Shown: positions 13,615-26,099 of the stretch, in pieces
Position numbering within the stretch: the first letter of the stretch is position 1
How the letters are laid out: each line of letters opens with the position of its first letter
Assembly: GCA_030390025.1 (NCBI GenBank)
Contig: CM059429.1
Location: 138,508,001 to 138,572,000, forward strand
Source: Squalus acanthias
Lineage: Eukaryota
DNA length: 64,000 nt
Direction: 5' to 3'
Notes under the pieces: model-generated
Database searches by the model: none
The model's input: only the letters and a program-made list of their open reading frames with translations
Told to the model about the DNA's origin: nothing
Position numbers and translations under genes: made by a program

Positions 13615-14559
13615 TCAGCCACGTGTAAAGAGCTGGGGGAGGGCCAGGGCTAATTGCTCCCCCACATGCAGAATGATCTCGGTAATTTGGCACCGGCGGA
13701 CGCTCAGCCGGTGCACTCGGAACGCTGGGTGATTCTTTTTATTCTTTTTTTAAAGGTAGGCCTAACCCATGCTCGGATGGAGCATAAGTCACCTCATGGG
13801 CGAGTCTACGTTCCTATACGGCACACGGAGGGCGCTCTTTATCGGATTTGATGCAAAAAGTAAAAATTCATGTCTTAAAACGGGGACATTTATGAACATT
13901 AACACAGCAAATGAGTCTATAGAGTGAAGAGAGACAGCAGGGATGGTGGCATCAGCTGGCAGGGTCACACACTGGTAAAAGCATTTTATAGTTTAACTGT
14001 AAAAAGACAATGGCTGACAAAAGGATTTCTAAATATAGCGGTACTGTTGTGTAATCTCATTTCGGAGCCTTCTTCCATTGCCATGAACTTCTAGTCCTGG
14101 AATGGTTATTATGCAGCTGAGATAATCCGGCATTGGCCGCTATCTGGAGAAGTTACCCGCCCACCCGCACTCTGTGTATCTGGAGATTGTGTGATCAAAA
14201 CTTCAGATGAAATGTTGTGTATCGAGATACTGTGATACACAAGGAGGTAAGGTCACACAAACCTTTGAAGATCTGAAATAACGTATTTCAATGTACGCAA
14301 TAGTATATTAATCCCCAGCATTAATGTGCCAATTTTGTAATGTTTACTCTCCTCGTGCCAAGATTGTACACGTGGGCAAAGTGTGAACACTTTAACCCTC
14401 AGCTGTTTTCTGAGCACGCAGAGAATATTTTGCAGTGGAGCGTGAATGAACAAGTGAGGTTGTATCCCGCTGTGTCGAAGCGACTAGTGCCTATTCCAGC
14501 AATTTAATCTCAATATAAAACTTCAAAAACGAAGGAAGTCATAAACATCAATGTATGTC

Positions 14560-14760
14560 ATAAAAATAGAAAATGCTGGAAATACTCAGCAGGTCAGGCA
14601 GCATCTGTGGAGAGAGAGACAGAGTTAAGGTTTCAATTGTGACCATTCGTCAGAACTGGAAAATGTTACAGATGTAACAGGTTTTAAGCACCTACAAAGG
14701 CAGAGAAGGGATGAAGGAACAAAAGGGCAGGTCTGTGATCGGGTTGAAGGCAGGAGTGAA
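14560..14760 (-). mobile_element. Penelope-like element 3' fragment with degenerate hammerhead motif
   Basis: Minus strand reads AGTT-CTGACGA-..-GAAACCTT-AACT, followed by the tail CCACAGATGCTGCCTGACCTGCTGAGTATTTCCAGC. Similar tail scraps lie at ~19945-19985 and ~40695-40735. Confidence 0.6.
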
Positions 14761-15264
14761 TACAATAAACAGCTAGATTGACAACCTACCATTTATAATT
14801 TTCTGGCAAATCTTTTTGCACCAGAAACTGTGTGTAAAGATGGAGATGTGTATTTTTGGTTATTCAATAGCTGTAGAGATAAACAGTTGTGAAGATACCT
14901 GAAATCTGAACACCCATTGTGGGACACCTGAGGGCAACTAATAGTTCACAGCAATAGCACCACGTATGATTTGGAAACATTTATGTTTGTAAAATGTCAT
15001 TAGCACCTGTTGGTCCCAATCTGTCGAACCCCTAAAACTTTAGTGCACTGACTTGATGTAAGAGCAGAAAATTTTCGAATCATCTTTTAATGTTACTTTG
15101 CAGTAATGGTTCAGCTTTTTTTTAATAACTATTGTATTGTTTTGGTCTTCATAAGGAGTGCTGTCTATCAAGTACTTAACGTAAGATCATAAGGTAAATA
15201 CTAGTAAGGAAAGCAATTGTGGCCATCCTAGTTCATCCATACAGAAAGGTTCTAAAGTTTCCCC

Positions 15265-15470
15265 GCGTTTCCCACATTACAACAGTGACTACACTTCAAA
15301 AAGTACTTCATTGGCTGTAAAGCGCTTTGAGATGTCCGGTGGTCATGAAAGGCGCTATATAAATGCAAGTCTTTCCTTCTTTCCTTCTTTATTTCTCTTT
15401 CTTTCCCTTTCTTTCTTTTTCTTTCTTTCCCTTTCTTTTTCTCTTTCTATCTCTCTTTCTTTTTCTTTCT
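15265..15470 (+). mobile_element. SacSINE1/Deu-SINE-like 3' end with (CTTT)n-type tail
   Basis: ACATTACAACAGTGACTACACTTCAAAAAGTACTTCATTGGCTGTAAAGCGCTTTG..GAAAGGCGCTATATAAATGCAAGT. Absent from duplication copy 2 (~24495). Confidence 0.75.
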
Positions 15471-16560
15471 ATAATTCCAAGGTTTTCACCTCCCCTACTT
15501 TCTCTCAAAGACCATTCCATGTGTTGATGGCTCTTTGTGTGAAGAAGTACATTTGCCTTTTAGGAGTTTTGTCCTACTCTCACAGGTTAGTTTGAGGTAG
15601 TTTCTCACATCTCTCTTTCCTTACTATTTACTATGTTATAGCCTTCAACATGGTCACCTCTCACACCCTTTCAAGTTTATCATGTCTTTCCTCATCTCTC
15701 AGTTCTTGGACACCAGGGAACAACCTTGTTCTCTGAACTGTCTCCAGGGTTTAAATGCCCCTTGTATCTAGGTGACCAGAATCAGACACAGTACGAAATG
15801 TGGGGTCCGATCAGCACACTGCATTTTGGCTCTATAATTCAGCATTCAATTTGCTTTTCTAATTGCTGCTGATGGTAGGACATATTTAGAATCAAGTCTA
15901 TTAAAACTCCCACATCTCTTTCAATGTCATCCTTATTGTTTTGCAACCATTCATGGGATACTTATGGTATCCATATTTCATGCTATTTACAGTACTTTAC
16001 ACTTGTTGATATTAAATTTCATCTGCCACTGTTCCACCCACTTACGTATTTTGTCCAACTCATTTTGCAGTTCCTGACCTGTCAACACAGATTCAATTGC
16101 CCCTCTAGTTTGGTACCACCTGCAAATCTTACCAATTTCCCCAGCGTTTTTGAATCAAAGTCATTGATGTAAATTAGAATCAGTGGGAAGGGGGAGGGGT
16201 TTATCCCAACACTAGTCCCTGGGGCACAGGTCAGTACTTCTCCCCACCTTGACATAACTCACAGTACCTATTGCTTTCTACCCTTCAACCAATTTCTTAT
16301 CCATTCCCACCATTTACCCTGAATCCCCACTGTTCTAAGCTGGACAGAAAATTTTTATCAAATGCTTTTTAGGCCTACCACCTTGCAATGCTTTCCACAG
16401 TCATCTTGACATATTACTACCTCAAAAAAGGTAAGGACATTGGTCAGTCAGGATCTTCCTCTCCTAACTGTCATTTACTAAATTGTTTTTAGGCAAGAAA
16501 TCCTCAAGTTTGCTCCTTAGAATCAAGTCCATGACTTTACCTGATATTTTTCCTGATTGA
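15470..16560 (-). mobile_element. Old CR1 fragment (also present at ~24520-25500 in the duplicate)
   Basis: Degenerate RT motifs (LIYINDLDS, KF.G.TKL). Confidence 0.7.
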
Positions 16561-16808
16561 AATGCGGCAGAAACAGGTGCTAACGGAGTGGACCAAGAAG
16601 GATAATCTACCATGTTATGACCTCCGAACTTGTATAACCTTGTCACAGAATCTGCAACCTCACTTGGGATTGGCACAGAATTCGCCTTGAAGTACCACAG
16701 AATTCTAAGTTACCTGAGCATAACTGGCTCCTGAAAGGTGCAGCTCAGACATTAACTTTTCTTCTTCAATGCATGTGTAACTATTGGCCCATAATTTGCG
16801 GTCAGCGG

Positions 16809-16965
16809 CAATGTTCCCGTTTAGCTGCATGGCAGTGCAGCTGTCCAACGCTCCAGCGCAGGCCGCTTGCCGGTTCCTGAATGGAAAAACCGCGCGGAAG
16901 TTTGAATGGGCTGCGCAGCCCCTTAAAGGGGCTGCACATCCCCCAAAAAATTACAGGGAACATTG
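16809..16965. mobile_element. 157-bp hAT-type MITE
   Basis: Perfect 10-bp TIR CAATGTTCCC/GGGAACATTG and perfect 8-bp TSD GTCAGCGG (16801-16808, 16966-16973). Confidence 0.85.
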
Positions 16966-17570
16966 GTCAGCGGCAAAGCAAAGGCGCTTGCCTCTGGCCC
17001 TGAAGAAAGCTGCCTACAGAGATCTCACAATCTCTGTGGTGAGATGTTTGCCTTTTTCGACATTCAATTGATTTCAGTGCTCTGTAATGGGAATCCCTAG
17101 TGTGATGCTGCTGTGACATCAACAAGCTGCCTAAGCAGCCAAATACATTACAGAATTCTCACAGACAGGAAACCAAGAAATGAGAAGCTGCTTTTATCCA
17201 GACTTTTAAAAATGTTAAAAAATGTTAATGAAGCAAAGAATGGGACTCTCACAAGGTAGAGCCTGAAATATCATGAACAAACTTTAAAATAAAGTTTTTA
17301 AAAAATTGTAATTTTTATCATAATGGAGAAAGGTGACACTCCACAAATATAAAAATTAGTTTTTCAGGGCCAGAACGTTTGTTTACCAGTCAATACACTG
17401 AAAACCCCAGTTACAGCTATTCCAACAAGGCTTAACATTTAATGGGGTATTTAACAGCGATATTACCATGGAAACGCCCAAGTTTTCATCAGTTTCACTG
17501 ATTACACTGATTGCCAGCTCTGGGGGTATGGAGGATGTTCACAGCACAGCCAGTGTCGGAGCAGTGAATG

Positions 17571-19750
17571 ACAACAACAACAACTTGTATTTTTTTGGCA
17601 CCTTTAACGTAGTAAAACGTCCCAAGGCGCTGCACAGGAGTATTTTAAGACAAAATATTTGACACCGAGCCACATAAGGAGAAATTAGGGCAGGTGACCA
17701 AAAGCTTGGTCAAAGAGGTAGGTTTTAAGGTGCATCTTAAAGGAGGAAAGAGAGGTAGTCACGTGGAGAGGTTTAGGCAGGGAATTCCAGAGCTTAGGGC
17801 CTAGGCAACAGAAGGCACGGCCACCAATGGTTGAGCGATTATAATCAGAGATGTTAAAGAGAGCAGAATTAGAGGAGTGCAGCTATCTCGGGGTGGTTGT
17901 GGGGCTGAAGGAGATTACAGAGATAGGGAGGGGTGAGTCCATTGAGGGATTTGAAAACAAGGATGAGAATTTTGAAATCGAGGCGCTGATTAACCGAGAA
18001 CCAATGTAGGTGAGTGAGCACAGGGGTGATGGGCGAACCAGACTTGGTGCGAGTTAGGACACGGGCAGTTGAGTTTTGGATGACCTCAAGTTTATGTAGG
18101 GTAGAATGTGGGAGGCCAGCCAAGAGTGCGTTGGAATAGTCAAGTCTAGAGGTAACAAAGGCATAGATGAGGGTTTCAGCAGCGGATGAGCTGAGGCAAG
18201 GGAGGAGATGGGTGATGTTATGGTGGTGGAAATAGGCGGTCTTTGTTATGCTGCGGATATGTGGTCAGAAGCTCATTTCAGGGTCAAATTTGACACCAAG
18301 GTTGCGAACAGTGCGGTTCAGCCTCAGACAGATGTTAGGGAGAGGGATGGAGTCAGTGGCTAGGGAACGGAGTTTGTGGTGGGGACCAAAAACAATGGCT
18401 TTGGTCTTCCCAATATTTAATTGGAGAACATTTTTGCTCATCCAGAACTGTATGTCGGACAAGTGGAGGGGTCAAGAGGAGAGGTAGTGAGGTAGAACTG
18501 GGTGTCGTCAGCGTACATGTGGAAACTGACGCTGTGCTTTTGGATGATGTCGCCAAGGGGGCAACATGTAGATGAGAAATAGGAGGGGGCCAAGGATAGA
18601 TCCTTGGGGGACACCAGAGGTAACGATGCAGGAGTAGGAAGAGAAGCCATTGCAGGTGATTCTCTGGCTACAAATAGATAGATAAGAATGGAACCAGGCG
18701 AGTGCAATCCCACCCAGCTGGACGACGGTGGAGAAGGATGGAGTGGTCAACAGTGTCAAAGGCTGCAGACAAGTCAAGAAGGACGAGGAGGGATAGTTTA
18801 CATTTGTCACAGTCACAAAGGATGTCATTTGTGACTTTGATGAGAGCCGTTTCGGTACTGTAGCAAGGGCGGAAACCTGCTTGGAGCGATTCAAACTTGG
18901 AATTGCGGGAAAGATGGGCACGGATTTGGGAGGCGACAACACGTTCAAGGACTTTGGAGAGGAAAGGGAGGTTGGAGATGGGGTGGTAGTTTGCAAAGAT
19001 GGAGGGATCAAGGGTTGATTTTTTGAGTAGAGGGGTGATGAAGGCAGATTTGAGGGAGAGGGGGACAGTACCTGAGGAGAGAGAACCGTTAACAACATCG
19101 GCTAACATGGGAGCCAGAAAAGGAAGTTGGGTGGTCAGCAGTTTGGTGGGAATAGGAGGGAGCAGGAGGTGGGTCTCATGGACAAGATGAGCACAGAGAG
19201 GTCATGAGGGGAGATCGGAGAGAAACTGGAGAAAGATGTGAGTTCAGGGCTAGGGCAGGGGGAAACCTTAGAGGAAGTTTGGCCTGGTGGGCTAGGGGAA
19301 GGAAGGGAAGTGGCAGAGGCAGAGGCAGCTGAACGGATGGTCTTAATCTTAGAGACAAAGAAGTCCATGAGCTCCTCACACTTGTTATCAGAGGTGAGGG
19401 TGGAGGAGACAGAAGAGAGGAGTTTAAGAAGATGGTTTGCAGTGAAGAATAGAAGCCGGGGTTTATCTTTGCATTCCTGAATGATTCTGGAATAGTGAGC
19501 AATTTTGGCAGATGAGAGCAGGACCTGATAATGCTTTATGTGGTCCAGCCAAATCTGGCGGTGAATGGCTAAACCAGTTGTCCGCCATATCTGTTCAAGT
19601 CTGCGTCCCTTGGACTTAAGGGAGTGAAGATGAGAGCCGCGACAGGAGGAACGGCCAGGATGAGAGGGTAGTTGTTTTAGTAGGGTCCAGGGCATCAAAG
19701 GTGGTGGTGAGGGTGTGGTCGAGCAGATCGGTAGCTGCAGAAATGTCATG
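17571..19750 (-). mobile_element. L2 LINE, 5'-truncated and frameshifted
   Basis: RT motifs LLDLSAAFDTVDH, GVPQGSILGPLLFLIY, HMYADDTQ; (GTT)n 3' tail; GTGAATG at both ends (17564-17570, 19751-19757). Confidence 0.9.
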
Positions 19751-20001
19751 GTGAATGGAGCTGATTTCAATTTAAGGATTTCCATGTTAGGATGCGGGTG
19801 CGCTACATCCTGAAGTTGCGGTCAGTTTCAGAGGGGTAATGACGGCAAATGCTGTTGGTTCGCTGTCACTACCCACCGTAAATTCCGGGCCATCCTAATT
19901 TCAGCAAAAGCAAATACCTCGGCATCTGGAAATCTGAAATAAACACAGAAAATGCTGGAAACAGCAGGTCAGGCTGTAGAGAGAATGCTGCCGGACGATT
20001 G

Positions 20002-20022
20002 TTTCAGTTTCGTTTCTCTTTC
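20002..20022 (-). promoter_or_regulatory. Multimeric ISRE/IRF-E (copy 1)
   Basis: TTTCAGTTTCGTTTCTCTTTC reads GAAA-GA-GAAA-C-GAAA-CT-GAAA on the minus strand, four GAAA cores in IRF spacing. Confidence 0.7.
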
Positions 20023-20379
20023 TGAAAGTGCGCAGTTTCTAATTCACTCACTTGGGTCAAGATGCATTGGTAAGAAAGAATACATTTCTCATATGTATTT
20101 GATCACTGGCATTTTAAACTCATATGGAGTAAATTCTGCGCCTGAAGTACAAGATGGACTCACTCATGTATATTTATGTGATTAATTACACAAACGTTAT
20201 GATAAATCCCACGATTCGATGTCCAGTCAGTAAAATTTAAATATTCAAGTAATTCTGACTTTTAAAATATCTATTTTATGATGAATGCATTAAAACCTGC
20301 CGATTCCTACAGTGAAATAGTGTATCGGGCCTTAAAGCGGGATTGTAGGTCAGTGTGGTTTAATGCGAGGTCGTGTTCA

Positions 20380-20443
20380 CAACCTGTCGAGCTTCCCTCT
20401 GCCTCGCTACAAGTGACGGAGCTGAAAGGCGGCGTTTAATAGG
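20380..20443 (+). promoter_or_regulatory. Candidate MHC class I-type SXY module (copy 1)
   Basis: CAACCT - 16 nt - CCTCGCTACAAG - TGACG - 20 nt - ATAGG. Order and spacing match HLA-A/B promoters as I recall them (CAACCT-N16-CCWGGATACTCR-TGACG-N20-ATTGG). The Y box has one mismatch. Confidence 0.6.
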
Positions 20444-20464
20444 CGCTTCAACTCAGCTCTGAGC

Positions 20465-20563
20465 AAACTCCGCAGTGAGCTCCCAGATTCTGCGTTGCTG
20501 TTTGTGCCGAGCGGAGGATTGTCCAGTGTTCCGCACCGAAACTGAACGACATTGATCAGTAAT
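20465..20563 (+). other. Candidate non-coding first exon 1a of the Ig-superfamily gene (start approximate)
   Basis: Follows the SXY-like module and ends at the donor-like AAT|GTACGT (GT at 20564-20565). Confidence 0.45.
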
Positions 20564-21019
20564 GTACGTTTGTATTCAATGTTCTTGTAACTATAATTCT
20601 AGTTGAATACAAATGTGATCTGTTTATTGATATGAAACAGTCCGTCAAGCAGACTAACTTTATTTGATTGTGAGTGGTGACGTTATGCATGTAGAACTAT
20701 ATATACAGTTAATGCGAATTAATAATATATTAAGAAAGTATTTAATTTAATTGTAAATATAACAAACATGTTAAAGGCATTTTAGAACCTCCTGAAGAAT
20801 GCTTCATGGCAGTGGAAGGCCTTATATAGAAATTACAGCCTGGAAACAGGCCCTTCGGCCCAAGCAATCCATGTTGGTGTTTCTGTCCCACAGGAGCAGT
20901 GGCCTTAATCCCTTGTGCCGGCTGTTTCTGTCGATACTGTTCCATCCCTTAATAACTTTAACCACCTCTATCAAATCCCAGTATAATCTTCACTTCTGAT
21001 GAGAACAGCCTCAATTTTA

Positions 21020-22020
21020 TGTAGTTACATAGTATTTACAGCGCAGAAACAAGCCATTCGGCCCAACTAGTCAATGCAAGTGTTTATGCTCCACACGAGC
21101 CTCCTCTCTCACTACTTCATCTAACCCCATCAACATATCTTTCTATTCCTTTCTCCCTCAGGCTTCCCCTTATATTCATCTTTGTTGTTCGCCTCAACTT
21201 GCTTGTAGTAGCGAGTTCCACATTCTAACCACTCTCTGGGTAAAGAATTATCTCCTGAATTCTTTATTGGATTTATTAGTGACTGTCTTATATTTATGGC
21301 CCCTAGTTCTGGTTGTCCCCGCAAGTGGAAACATCTTCTCTACGTCTGCCCTATCAACCCTTTTCATAATCTTAAAGACCTCTATCAGCAGGTAACATAA
21401 AAGGAAACCCCTCAATTTCCTCTTTCCTTGAGAAAAGAGCCCCAATCTGTTCAGTTTTTCCTGATAATTATAACCTCTCAGTTTTTTCAACTTTCTCCAG
21501 TGCCTCTATATACTTTTTGTAATAAGGAGACCAGAACTGTGCACAGTACTCCGTGTGGTCTAACCAAGGTTCTATATAAATTTAACATAACTTCTTTACT
21601 TTTCAATTCTATCCCTCTAGAAATAAACCCTCGTGTTTGGTTTGATTTTTTATGGCCTATTGACCTGCGTCACAACTTTTAGTGATTTAAGTATTTGTAC
21701 TCCCAGATCCCTTTGCTCCACTACCCCATTTAGATTCTGATTTCTACATAATATGTGTCCTCCTTATTTTTCTTACCAATATGTAATACCTCACACTTAA
21801 CTATGTTGAAATTCATTTGGCGATTATATGCCTATTCTGTACATTCATTAATGTCTTCCTGTAATTTGTTGCAGTCCTCCTATCCCTCCCAATTTAGAAA
21901 TTGTGTTTTTGATTCCAAAGTCTAAATCGTTAAAATAAATTGTGAACAACAGTGGTCCCAGCACTGATCCCACTTCCCACCACCTGCCACTCTGAATAGC
22001 TATCCTTTACCCTTACTCTC
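21020..22020 (-). mobile_element. CR1 LINE 3' fragment
   Basis: NYQEKLNRLGLFS..LIEVFKIMK..RTRGHKYK peptide and CR1 3' UTR. Confidence 0.8.
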
Positions 22021-22024
22021 TGCT

Positions 22025-22120
22025 AGGGTGTGGGACTAATCTGTACAGCTCTTTCGAAGAGCCGGCACAGGCACGACGGGCTGAATGGCCCCCTTCTGTG
22101 CTGTAACATTATATGATTCT
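22025..22120 (+). mobile_element. CR1 3' tail at the junction between the duplicated units
   Basis: GAAGAGCCGGCACAGGCACGACGGGCTGAATGGCC..TGTGCTGTAAC..TATGATTCT, the same tail type as 28270-28325. Confidence 0.7.
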
Positions 22121-22283
22121 AAGTATAAAAGGCACTGAAACAGGCTGAGAGTGTATCTAATGAAGGTAGGAAGAAGAAAGGAGCATATTCAATTGAGTTA
22201 GTGCATGGAAAATATAGCTTCCTGTAGGGAGACCTAGATTAGTGGAGAGAGTTCAGTCCTGTCCAAGAGGGATGAATTTTAAT

Positions 22284-23400
22284 CACATAAGAATTAGGAG
22301 CAGGAGTAGGCTATATGGCCTTTTGAACCTGCTCCGCCATTCAATAAGATCATGGCTGATCTTCGACCTCAACTCCACTTTCCCGCCCGCTCCCCATATC
22401 CCTTGATTCCCCAAGAGTCCAAAAATCCATCTATCTCAGCCTTGAATATACTCAATGACTCAGCATCCACAGCCCTTTGGGGTAGAGAATTCCAAAGATT
22501 CACAACCCTCCAGGTGAAGAAATTCTTCCTCATCTCAGTCATAAATGGCCGACCCCTATTCTGAGACTATGTCCCCTAGTTCTAGACTCTCCAGCCAGGG
22601 GAAACAACCTCTCAGCATCCACCCTGTCAATTCCCCTCAGAATCCTGTATGTTTCAATGAGACCACCTCTCATTCTTCTAAACTCCAGAGAGTATAGGCT
22701 CAATCTCTCCTCATAGGACAACCCTTTCATCCCAGGAATCAATGTAGTGAACCTTCGTTGCACCGCCTCTAAGGCATGTATGTCCTTTCCCAAATAAGGA
22801 GATCAAAACTGTGCACAATACTCTAGATGTGGTCTCACCAAAGCCCTGTACAATTGTAGTAAGACTTCCTTACTCTTGTACTCCAACCCCCTTGCAATAA
22901 AGGCCAACATGCCATTTGCCTTCCTAGTTGCTTGCTGTACCTGCATGCTAACTTTCTGTGTACGAGGACACCTAAATCTCTCTGAACACCAACATTTAAT
23001 AGTTTCTCACCATTTAAAAAATAGTCTGTTTTTCTATTCTTCCTACCAAAGTGGATAACCTCACATTTCCCCACATTATACTGCATCTGCCACCTTACTG
23101 CCCACTCACTTAACCTGTCTATATCCCTTTGCAGGCTCTTTGTGTCCTCACTGCTTACTTTCCCACCTAATTTTGTATTGTCAGCAAACTTGGATATATT
23201 GCACTCGGTCCCTTCATCTAAGTCATTTATATAGATTGTAAATAGGCCCAAGCACTGATCCATGCGGCACCCCATTAGTTACAGCCTGCTAACCGAAAAA
23301 TGACCCATTTATTTCTACTCTCTGTTTTCTGCCCATTAACCAATCCTCTATCCAAGCTAGTATATTACCCCCAACCCCATGAGCCCTTATCTTGTGTAGT
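22284..23400 (-). mobile_element. CR1 LINE inserted after the duplication (copy 2 only)
   Basis: FTIYINDLDEG..SKFADNTKLGG and YSLEFRRMRG peptides. It interrupts sequence that is contiguous in copy 1 near 11065. Confidence 0.85.
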
Positions 23401-25645
23401 AATTCTGTTGAACCCATTACTTTCAGTGAGCTGGGACATTGGAATAAACCAGTACAGAACTGAAGAGGTTTATATTGAACCCCCTTCCAAAGGGAAGTTA
23501 GTACCTCCTAGAGGTAGGAGTTACAGTACCTACAGGATAGAGTTTAAGGGTGCTGGCTTCTACCAGAAGCAGAAGCTACAATACCAGCAGCACAGAACTA
23601 AGGAACTCTATTTCTGTGCATTTAATGGTTTTTAACTTCCATCTAGAGCATCTAAGCCTTGTGCCTGCAGAGATCAGGCTTGGTTTCTATCTCTGTGTCT
23701 GCTGCGGTTTTAATATGGATATAAGAGAATCATGGTAATAATGGAAGACCTATGGATTGCAGCATGAGTTAGTAAAAAGGAGAATATAGGGTCGGTGAGG
23801 CAACTAGGTGAGGATTTCAAAATTATGATCGAGAAAATAAGGAGAAACTGTTGCCACTGGCAGGAGGGTCGGCAACCAGAGGACACAGATTTAAGATAAT
23901 TGGCAAAAAAAAGGGGCGACGAGAAGACATTTTTGTATGCAATGAGTTTTTATGATCCAGAATGCACTGCCTGTAAGGGTGGTGAAAGCAGATTAAATAG
24001 TAACTTTTAAAGGGAATTGGACATATACCTGAAGTCAGTGGAAATAAAAACCAGGAGAGATGTAAAACAGGCTGTAAAACAAATTATTTTGTTTTTTAAC
24101 CAAGGTCCTTCTGGGGTCAGATACCTGAAATCTGAACACCCATTGTGGGACACCTGAGAGCAACTAATAGTCCATAGCAACAGCACCATGTGTGCTTTTG
24201 GAAACATTTGTGTTTGTATTATGTCATTAGCACCTGTTGCACCCCATCTATTGAATCCCTAAAACTTTAGTACACTGACTTGATGTAAGAGCAGAAAATG
24301 GAAAATGTTTTTCAGAATCATCTTTTAATGTTGCTTTTCTGTAATGGTTCAGCTTTTTTATAACTATTGTATTTGGTCTTCATAAGGAGTGCTGTCTATC
24401 GGGAACTTAACGTAAAATCATTAGGTAAATACTAGTAAGGAAAGCAATTGTGGCCATCCTAGTTCATCCATACAGAAAGCTTTTAAAGTTTCCCCATTGC
24501 AGCATTCAATTTTTTCTTTAAATAATTCCAAAGTTTTCACCTCCCCTACTTTCTCTCAAAGACTATTCCATGTGTTGATGGCTCTTTGTGTGAAGAAGTA
24601 CATTTGCCTTTTAGGAGTTTGATTGCACCCTCTTTTCCTACTCTCACAGGTTAGTTTGCGGTAATTACTCACATCTATCTTTTCTTACTATTTACTATGT
24701 TATAGCCTTCAGCAAGGTCAATTCTCAGACTCTTTCAAGGTCAACAAGCCTTAGTTTATCAAGTCGTTTCTCATCTCTCAGTCCTTGAACACCAGAGAAC
24801 AACTTTGTTCTCTGAACTGTCTCCAGGGTTTTAAGGCCCCTTATATCTAAGTGACCAGGTCCAGACACAGTATGAAATATGGGGTCTGTTGAGAACACTA
24901 CATTTTGGCTCTTTCATTCAGCATTCAATTTGCTTTGCTGATTGCTGCTTAAGATTGGGAGTTCAACCCACTTACATATTTTGTCCAACTCATTTTGTAG
25001 TTCCCAACCCGTCCAAACAGATTCAATTGCCCCTCCTAGTTTGGTACCACCTGCAAATCTTACCAATTTCCCCAGCGTTTTTGAATCCAAGTCATTGATG
25101 TAAATTAGAATCAGTGGGAAGAGGGGTTCCCAAAACTCGTCCCTGGGGTACTGGTCAGTACTTCTCGCCACCTTGACATAACTCAGAACCTACTGTTCCC
25201 TACCCTTCAACCGGTTTCTTATCCATTGCCACCATTTACCCTTAATCCCCACTGTTCTAAGCTAAACAGAAGAATTTTGTCCAATGCTTTTTAGACATCT
25301 AGTCCTACCACTCTGGAATGATTTCCACTATCCTCTTGATATATTACTACCCCCAAAAAGTTAAGGACATTAGTCAGTCAGGATCTTCCTCTTTTGAATC
25401 TGTGCTGATTGCCGTTTACTATTTGTTACCGTGCAAGAAATCCTCAAGTTTACTCCTTTAGAATCAATTCCATTATTTTATCGGATGTTTTTCCTGATTG
25501 GAATGCGGGAGAAACAAGTGCTGACGGGGTGGACCAATGAGGAAAATTTAGCATGTTAAGAGCCACGAAGTGAATTTCAGGTACGGGGGTGGGGCGGATC
25601 GTGGGCCCGAATGCTGCCTGCCCATTGCAGTATTTTCTATTCAAA

Positions 25646-25666
25646 TTTCAGTTTCGTTTCTCTTTC
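25646..25666 (-). promoter_or_regulatory. Multimeric ISRE/IRF-E (copy 2)
   Basis: Identical to 20002-20022. Confidence 0.7.
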
Positions 25667-26015
25667 TGAAAGTGCGCAGTTTCTAATTCACTCACTTGGG
25701 TCAAGATGCATTGGTAAGAAAGAATAAATTTCTCATATGTATTTGACCACAGGCATATTAAACTCATATGGAGTAAATTCTGCGCCTGAAGTACAATATG
25801 GACTCACTCATGTATATTTATGTGATTAATTACACAAACATTATGATAAATTCGCTGTCCTGTCAGTAAAATTTAAATATTCAAGTAATTCTGACTTTTA
25901 AAATATCTATTTTATGATGAATGCATTCAATCCTGCCGATTCCTACAGTGAAATAGTGTATCGGGCCTTAAAGCGGGATTGTAGGTCAGTGTGGTTTAAT
26001 GCGAGGTCGTGTTCA

Positions 26016-26079
26016 CAACCTGTCGAGCTTCCCTCTGCCTCGCTACAAGTGACGGAGCTGAAAGGCGGCGTTTAATAGG
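26016..26079 (+). promoter_or_regulatory. Candidate MHC class I-type SXY module (copy 2)
   Basis: Identical to 20380-20443. Confidence 0.6.
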
Positions 26080-26099
26080 CGCTTCAACTCAGCTCTGAG

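Larger units (their letters stand above)
16786..19891. mobile_element. Harbinger-type MITE hosting a hAT MITE and an L2 insertion
   Basis: TIRs GGCCCATAATTTGCGGT / ACCGTAAATTCCGGGCC. Confidence 0.6.
10920..21470. repeat. Tandem segmental duplication, copy 1
   Basis: Colinear blocks match 22125-26693: 10920-11735, 12945-12980, 14893-16620, 20002-20990 and 21355-21465. Confidence 0.9.

Noticed and set aside
20418-20460. Hairpin GAGCTGA...TCAGCTC as a structured ncRNA explaining the identical block
   Set aside because: It matches no RNA family I recognise, and the promoter-motif explanation fits better; not excluded without a covariance search.
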